From Candidatus Liptonbacteria bacterium (GTDB lineage Bacteria; Patescibacteriota; Minisyncoccia; UBA6257; 2-01-FULL-56-20), in assembly GCA_016867315.1 (NCBI GenBank), contig VGJV01000004.1, forward strand, positions 37,431 through 101,430: a stretch of DNA of 64,000 nucleotides, read 5' to 3'. Under the pieces are notes generated by a model. It did not search any database and was not told where the DNA came from. It saw only the letters and a program-made list of their open reading frames with translations. The position numbers were made by a program, and so were the translations under genes. Below are positions 58,495 through 64,000 of this stretch, in pieces. Positions within the stretch are counted from its first letter, which is position 1. Each line of letters starts with the position of its first letter.

Positions 58495-59520
58495 ATGAGT
58501 CATACCCCCGTTCTTTTAAAGGAGGTTTTAGATCTGCTTGATCCTAAGCCTGGAAATTTCGTAATAGACGGTACGGTAGATGGCGGAGGACACGCCAGAG
58601 CGATCCTCTCACGCATAAGTCCGGGAGGAACACTATTGGGAGTAGATTGGGATGCGCGGATGATCGCGAATTCCAAAATCCAAAGCTCAAATTCCAAAGT
58701 AGTTCTGGTGCACGGCAATTATGCCGACCTTCCGGATATCCTTCGAGAACAAAAACTTCCAAAAGCGGACTTCGTCTCGCCGAAGGGAGACTCCATCCCT
58801 CCGAAGGCGGACTTCGTCTCGCCGAAGGGAGACTCCATCCCTCCGAAGGCGGACTTCGTCTCGCCGAAGGGAGACTCCATCCCTCCGAAGGCGGACTTCG
58901 TCTCGCCGAAGGCGGATGGTCTTCTTCTGGACTTGGGATTTTCTTCCGAACAAATCGACGCCGAAGGCAGGGGAATGAGTTTTCTCCGGGATGAACCGCT
59001 GCGAATGACCTATAGCGACGATCAAGATCCCGTGTCAAAAATTCTGCGTGAGCTAAGCGAAAGAGATTTAACCAAAATCCTTCGCGAATATGGAGAAGAA
59101 AGATATGCCCCGCGGATTGCGAAAGCAATCAAAGAAAGTCTCAATAAAGGATCCGTTGAAACCACCGGGCGCTTAGCGGAAATTATTGCCGAAGCGGTAC
59201 CTCGGAATTACGAGCGGGGAAGAATCCATCCCGCCACCCGCACTTTTCAAGCGCTGCGGATATATGCGAATGCCGAACTTGAGAACCTCACGAAGGTGTT
59301 GCAAGCACTTCCTGGGATTCTCAACATGGGCGGACGCGTAGCGATTCTTACCTTTCATTCACTCGAGGACCGCATCGTAAAGCACACTTTCCGAGCAATG
59401 GAAAAAGAAGGCGTACTCGAAGTGCTGACGAAGAAGCCCGTAGAAGCCAGTGAGAGCGAAATGCAAGAAAATCCTCGTAGCCGTTCTGCAAAATTAAGAG
59501 CCGCACTAATAAAAAGCTGA
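58495..59520 (+). CDS. rsmH: 16S rRNA m4C1402 methyltransferase with 49-aa repeat insertion
   Basis: HTPVLLKE, DGT..GGH, DLGFSSEQ, FQALRI, FHSLEDRIVK, NPRSRSAKLR. Confidence 0.96.
   Translation: MSHTPVLLKEVLDLLDPKPGNFVIDGTVDGGGHARAILSRISPGGTLLGVDWDARMIANSKIQSSNSKVVLVHGNYADLPDILREQKLPKADFVSPKGDSIPPKADFVSPKGDSIPPKADFVSPKGDSIPPKADFVSPKADGLLLDLGFSSEQIDAEGRGMSFLRDEPLRMTYSDDQDPVSKILRELSERDLTKILREYGEERYAPRIAKAIKESLNKGSVETTGRLAEIIAEAVPRNYERGRIHPATRTFQALRIYANAELENLTKVLQALPGILNMGGRVAILTFHSLEDRIVKHTFRAMEKEGVLEVLTKKPVEASESEMQENPRSRSAKLRAALIKS
58765..58911 (+). repeat. In-frame tandem repeat, 3.5 x 42 bp (alternating 21-mers)
   Basis: gcggacttcgtctcgccgaag / ggagactccatccctccgaag; encodes (ADFVSPKGDSIPPK)3-ADFVSPK. 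Confidence 0.95.
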
Positions 59521-59558
59521 TTCTATTTTCTAATTTCTACTTTCTATTTTCTAAATTT

Positions 59559-59882
59559 ATGACCTTCATAAAACCACATACCCAAAAAAGTTTAATAACG
59601 TTTATACTTATAGGTATGGTGTGCCTCCTTATCGTGGGAGGAGCCATGCTGGTATTTGCGTATACGCGATTTAACGATACGGAACTTAGTCTGCGCATTG
59701 CGAAGGAAAACTTCCAGAAACAGCAAGCGGAAAATGCTCGTCTTAAAGGAGAGCTTCTTTCCTTGTTTGATGCTACAAATCTTGCAACCTTCGCGGGAGA
59801 GCGTTCATTAGTGCTCGAGAAAAAACCTTCATATATAGAAGTGGATCGTAATTCTCAATGGCATTTCGCTTCGGGACGTTAG
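59559..59882 (+). CDS. FtsL-like cell division protein
   Basis: TM plus coiled coil, located between rsmH and ftsI. Confidence 0.65.
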   Translation: MTFIKPHTQKSLITFILIGMVCLLIVGGAMLVFAYTRFNDTELSLRIAKENFQKQQAENARLKGELLSLFDATNLATFAGERSLVLEKKPSYIEVDRNSQWHFASGR

Positions 59883-61510
59883 TAGTAATAGTAATTACAG
59901 GATACGCCGCATTAATATGGCGCCTTTATGATCTCCAATTAGTTCGCGGGGAGCAGTTTTTGGCGCGTGCAGAGTCCCAATACAAAGCTGCAGTGTCTCT
60001 CGAAGCCCCGCGGGGTGTCATCTATTTCACGGCGAAGCAGGGGGATCGTTTTCCGGTGGCGTTGAATAAGGAATTCCCGAGCGTCTACGCAGTGCCCAAA
60101 GTGGTGGAAGACTCCAAAGAAGCCGCAAACATGCTTGCGGGGATTTTGCCGCTTACTGTGGAAGAGCTTCAAGTAAAGCTTTCGAAAAGGCAAAGCTCCT
60201 ATGAATTATTAGGAAAGAAAGTGAGCGAAAAAGTGGCAAAAGAGATAGAAGAATTGAAATTGAAAGGAATTTACACGGATACCACTTTGGGGAGGTTTTA
60301 TCCGCAGGGCTCGATGGCCGCGCATGTCCTTGGATTTGTGGGACCGGCAGGCAAAGAAGAGGGTGATCGAGGAAGATATGGCGTCGAGGAATTTTATGAT
60401 CAAAAACTCCGCGGGCTGGCAGGAGAGAAAAAAGACGCTTGGTTTACCACTCCCGAAGCCGGAGAAGAAATAGTGCTCACGCTCGATCCGGTAATTCAGC
60501 TCGAAACAGAGCGGATTTTGAAGGATCTCGTGGCGCAATACCGAGCCCAGGGCGGAAGCATTATTGTGCAGGAACCTAAAACCGGAAAAATTCTTTCGAT
60601 GGCCAGTTTCCCCACGTTTGACCCAAATGCCTATGGAGTCTCGCCGTTAGAGAATTTTTTGAATCCGCTGGTGCAAAAAATTTATGAGCCGGGTTCGGTA
60701 CTCAAGGTAATCACGATGGCGAGTGCCATTGACGCGGGGAAGATCACCCCAGAAACCACGTACACAGACACGGGAAAACTGACGCTCAATAAGCGCACGA
60801 TCAAGAATTTTGATTACGATACGAAAGGGACGCACGGAAAAGTGTCCATGACGTACGTGATCGCGCATTCTTTGAACACCGGAGCGGTATTTGCTGAGCA
60901 GAGATTAGGAAACGATGCCTTCTTGTCGTATTTGAAAAAATTCGGCTTGGATCAGAAAACCGGAATTTCGCTACCGGGGGAATTGAAAGGGAGCCTCCGG
61001 CCGCTCTTAGAACGGGGAGCGACTGATATCGCGTTTGCCACCGCTTCCTATGGGCAGGGAATTGCGGTAACGCCTTTAGAGCTCATTCAGGCGGTAGGAG
61101 CAATCGCAAACGGAGGAAATTTGATGCGTCCCTATCTCGATGCCGGAATGAAGCCCGAGGTGGTGCGCCGAGTGATAAGCGAAGAAGCCGCGAAAGCCAC
61201 TGCTAAGATGATGATAGCCGCCGTAGATCGGGCGGAGATCGCCAAAATTAATGGCTACGCAATTGCGGGCAAAACCGGCACGGCGTTTGTGCCTGACTTC
61301 AAAAAAGGTGGATATACGGAAAACGTAATCAACACATATGTGGGGTTTGGTCCGGTAAGCGATCCGCGTTTTATTATTTTGATCAAATTAGATCAGCCTC
61401 CGGACGCCCCGCTCGCAGGGTTTTCGGTAGTACCCGCGTTTCAAAACCTCGCGCAATTTGTATTGAACTATTATGGAATTGCGCCGGATAGGCTTCCTAA
61501 TAATCAGTGA
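59858..61510 (+). CDS. ftsI: Class B penicillin-binding protein (FtsI-like)
   Basis: EPGSVLK (SxxK), SLN, KTGT; dcw position. Confidence 0.9.
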   Translation: MAFRFGTLVVIVITGYAALIWRLYDLQLVRGEQFLARAESQYKAAVSLEAPRGVIYFTAKQGDRFPVALNKEFPSVYAVPKVVEDSKEAANMLAGILPLTVEELQVKLSKRQSSYELLGKKVSEKVAKEIEELKLKGIYTDTTLGRFYPQGSMAAHVLGFVGPAGKEEGDRGRYGVEEFYDQKLRGLAGEKKDAWFTTPEAGEEIVLTLDPVIQLETERILKDLVAQYRAQGGSIIVQEPKTGKILSMASFPTFDPNAYGVSPLENFLNPLVQKIYEPGSVLKVITMASAIDAGKITPETTYTDTGKLTLNKRTIKNFDYDTKGTHGKVSMTYVIAHSLNTGAVFAEQRLGNDAFLSYLKKFGLDQKTGISLPGELKGSLRPLLERGATDIAFATASYGQGIAVTPLELIQAVGAIANGGNLMRPYLDAGMKPEVVRRVISEEAAKATAKMMIAAVDRAEIAKINGYAIAGKTGTAFVPDFKKGGYTENVINTYVGFGPVSDPRFIILIKLDQPPDAPLAGFSVVPAFQNLAQFVLNYYGIAPDRLPNNQ

Positions 61511-61513
61511 TCA

Positions 61514-62794
61514 ATGATTAATACTTTGCGTAACATTCTTCGTTGGAAAATAGCCACGCTCGCGCGCCTCACGGTGCGGCGTTTTGCGCCCGGAATTGTG
61601 GGAGTTACCGGCAGTGTGGGTAAAACTTCGACCAAGCTCGCGATCGGGGCGGTATTGGGAATGAGCCGCAGGGTGCGGGTAGCTCCGGGGAATTTAAATA
61701 ATGAGTTGGGGTTGCCTCTCGCTATTTTGGGGAATTGGAGCGAAAAGGACATTCGACGCGTAAGCCGGGAAGGCAGGGGCGGAATATTCAGCAAAGGATT
61801 TTTTTGGTGCAAAGTGTTGATTCTCGGGTTTTTCCGTTTCCTTTTTCTTCCCAAGCGCGCATATCCCGAAATTTTAGTTCTAGAATATGGAGCAGATAAA
61901 CCTGGGGATTTGAAAGAGCTTATCGCGATTGCAAAGCCGAGCGTAAGCGTAATTACCGCGGTAGGAGAAGTGCCGGTGCATGTGGAATTTTACGCCAACC
62001 AGCAGGAAGTAGCCCGGGAGAAAGCCAGGCTCATCGAGTGTTTGCCTTCTGCCGGATTTGCGGTCTTAAACTTCGACGATCCCACGGTAATGGCCTTAAA
62101 AGACCGAACCCGAGCCCATCTCACCACCTTTGGATTTAACAAGGGAGCGGAAGTGGAGCTCGCGCGTTTTGAGCATCGAGTAGTAGAGGGAGAGCCTATG
62201 GGCATTTCAGTGAAGATCGTCCATAGCGGCAGTTTCGTGCCGGTGCGAATTGAGGGAGTGTTCGGCAAGGCGCATGCCTACGCGGCCGGCGCCGCCACGG
62301 CAGTAGGGTTGATATTCGGAATGAATCTCGTGTCAATCTCCGAAGCCTTAAAGCATTACGTCCCCGCTCCAGGCAGGATGGAGTTGCGAAGGGCGGTGAA
62401 AGAAGCGCTCCTGCTTGATGATTCCTATAACGCCAGTCCGCTCTCTATGCGCGCGGCGTTAGAAACTCTCCAAGATCTTCCGGCCAAACGGCGCATCGCA
62501 GTTTTGGGAGATATGCTCGAGATCGGTTCCTATGCCATGCAGGCCCATGAGGCCTTAGGCCGCCCCGTGTCCGAGAGCGTGGATATATTGATTACGGTAG
62601 GTCCTCGCGCCCGCTTCATCGCCGATGGAGCCGTTCGTGCCGGAATGGAAAAAGAAAAAGTATTCCGCTTCGATGAAGCCGAAGAGGCGATAGATACCGT
62701 GCACGACCTTCTCCGCAAAGGTGATTTAGTACTCGTCAAAGGCTCCCACGCAATGCACCTGGAACAAATTGTCGAATCTATAAAAATAAGGTAA
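61514..62794 (+). CDS. murF: UDP-MurNAc-pentapeptide ligase
   Basis: GVTGSVGKTSTK, NNELG, DDSYNASP, LGDMLEIG, LVKGS. Confidence 0.93.
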   Translation: MINTLRNILRWKIATLARLTVRRFAPGIVGVTGSVGKTSTKLAIGAVLGMSRRVRVAPGNLNNELGLPLAILGNWSEKDIRRVSREGRGGIFSKGFFWCKVLILGFFRFLFLPKRAYPEILVLEYGADKPGDLKELIAIAKPSVSVITAVGEVPVHVEFYANQQEVAREKARLIECLPSAGFAVLNFDDPTVMALKDRTRAHLTTFGFNKGAEVELARFEHRVVEGEPMGISVKIVHSGSFVPVRIEGVFGKAHAYAAGAATAVGLIFGMNLVSISEALKHYVPAPGRMELRRAVKEALLLDDSYNASPLSMRAALETLQDLPAKRRIAVLGDMLEIGSYAMQAHEALGRPVSESVDILITVGPRARFIADGAVRAGMEKEKVFRFDEAEEAIDTVHDLLRKGDLVLVKGSHAMHLEQIVESIKIR

Positions 62795-62806
62795 ATTATT
62801 GCGTAC

Positions 62807-62884
62807 GCCGCCATCGTCTAGCCCGGCCTAGGACACTGCGTTCTCAGCGCAGGAACACCGGTTCGAATCCGGTTGGCGGCACCA
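62807..62884 (+). tRNA. tRNA-Glu(CTC)
   Basis: GCCGCCA acceptor, loop TTCTCAG, GTTCGAATC, ACCA. Confidence 0.94.
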
Positions 62885-64000
62885 GTATTAAACTTTCAGG
62901 AATTTTGCCGACCAAACCCACGGCGCGATGCGCCGCGGCAAAGGGAAACACTGGCTCGCCGCGCAAAGCGCGGCTCGCCAAGCGCAGGTTCGAGCCAAAG
63001 ATTTCTTTGGCAGCAACCTTTTTCTCCAAAAGGTTGCTATCCCTTGCGATTTTGACGAGGTTTGAAGCGACTTTTATCCATTCTTTCATCGGTTCGAGCC
63101 AATCATTCTGCTTTTGTTCAATCCGCGCCATTTTCTCCTCCAGCGACTTCTTTTCCAAAAGGAGTTTTTGTTTTTTCTCGCGGTAAATTTCTCTTTCAAT
63201 ATCCTGCTCTAAATAGCCATCCAAGAGTCGCTGGAGTTTTTCGTTTATGATGCGGATTGTATTTTGACTTTCCGAAACAAAAGCAGAAACGGATTGGGCG
63301 GATTTGTTTTTGTTCACTTCTGCCATTTGCAAAAGTTTTTCCGCCCAATCCGCACGCAAAGAAAATTTTTGAAGCAGAGAGGAAATTTGCCTATCCAATT
63401 CCTCTTGGCGAATACAGGGTTCGGGGCATTTCACCGATTTGTTTTTCTTGGTGCAGTGGTAGTAAATATAATCGTGGATATTTCCATTTTTCTGTTTCTT
63501 AACCCTGTATTCGCCAGTGATGGACATTCCGCAAGTGCCACACTTTAGAAGTCCGCAATAATCTTGCGGCTTATACTTCGTTTTATGGTGCGGCCTTCCT
63601 CTCTGCTTCAAAACTTCTTGGACTTTATCAAAAATTTTCTTTGCGATGATTGGCTCGTGCTTGCCCTCGTGTAATTCTTTGGAATAGCGAAACAGTCCAG
63701 TGTAAAACGGATTTGAGAGGATAAAAGTCGCCCTCGTCTTGTGGATTTTCTTTCCGCCGCGGGATAGTATTCCGCGTTGCGCCAAAAAGTCGGAAATATC
63801 CTCTAACCGCGAATTACCCTTGGCATAAAGTTCAAAAGCCCCGCGAATAACTTTTGCTTTCTTTCTGTCCGCGACAACAGATTTGGTTCGGCTGTCGTTA
63901 ATGTAGCCGATTGGCGCGGGGCCGGGGTATTCTCCACGCTTAACTTTTTGGCGCAAACCACGCTTCGTGTTTTCGGAAAGAGAATCCACATAGTATTTGC
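62844..64000 (-). CDS. Large serine recombinase (5' end beyond window), C-terminus antisense to tRNA-Glu
   Basis: SENTKRGL, PIGY, NPFY.G, Zn ribbon, KLQRLLDGYLEQDI, FGSN; ends LVPPTGFEPVFLR. Confidence 0.92.
   Translation of the reverse strand, partial: KYYVDSLSENTKRGLRQKVKRGEYPGPAPIGYINDSRTKSVVADRKKAKVIRGAFELYAKGNSRLEDISDFLAQRGILSRGGKKIHKTRATFILSNPFYTGLFRYSKELHEGKHEPIIAKKIFDKVQEVLKQRGRPHHKTKYKPQDYCGLLKCGTCGMSITGEYRVKKQKNGNIHDYIYYHCTKKNKSVKCPEPCIRQEELDRQISSLLQKFSLRADWAEKLLQMAEVNKNKSAQSVSAFVSESQNTIRIINEKLQRLLDGYLEQDIEREIYREKKQKLLLEKKSLEEKMARIEQKQNDWLEPMKEWIKVASNLVKIARDSNLLEKKVAAKEIFGSNLRLASRALRGEPVFPFAAAHRAVGLVGKIPESLILVPPTGFEPVFLR

Noticed and set aside
58765-58911. CRISPR array
   Set aside because: The intervening units are identical rather than unique spacers, the array is in frame within rsmH, and no cas genes are present.

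Overview
Bacterial chromosome segment, most likely Patescibacteria/CPR (Parcubacteria-like). This is an inference from gene content: split transketolase, a DUF5671-like protein, Cys-rich zinc-ribbon proteins, short palindromic repeats and heptamer-period intergenic repeats. The standard genetic code is used. Housekeeping blocks: rpe-tkt-pfkB-fba-rplY, metG-tatD, leuS, rpmG/rplJ/rplL, a complete Liv ABC transporter, and mraZ-rsmH-ftsL-ftsI-murF. I read 10 tRNA genes. The accessory highlights are: (1) a diversity-generating retroelement (target 18695-19408, VR 19271-19390, TR 19762-19881, RT 20268-21248) whose Avd gene is antisense, abuts the RT start codon and is frameshifted at a G10 tract; (2) a family of tRNA-3'-end serine-recombinase elements at five tRNAs, whose integrase reading frames run antisense into the tRNA, including an intact integrase flanked by a 133-bp perfect inverted repeat that could swap its C-terminal tail, and a 243-bp mini-element; (3) an unannotated ~450-600 nt promoter-to-terminator region (2727-3324) built of consecutive multibranch RNA hairpin domains. 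Several single-base homopolymer frameshifts suggest possible sequencing error, so the frameshift interpretations carry that caveat. All calls are by eye; no database searches were run.
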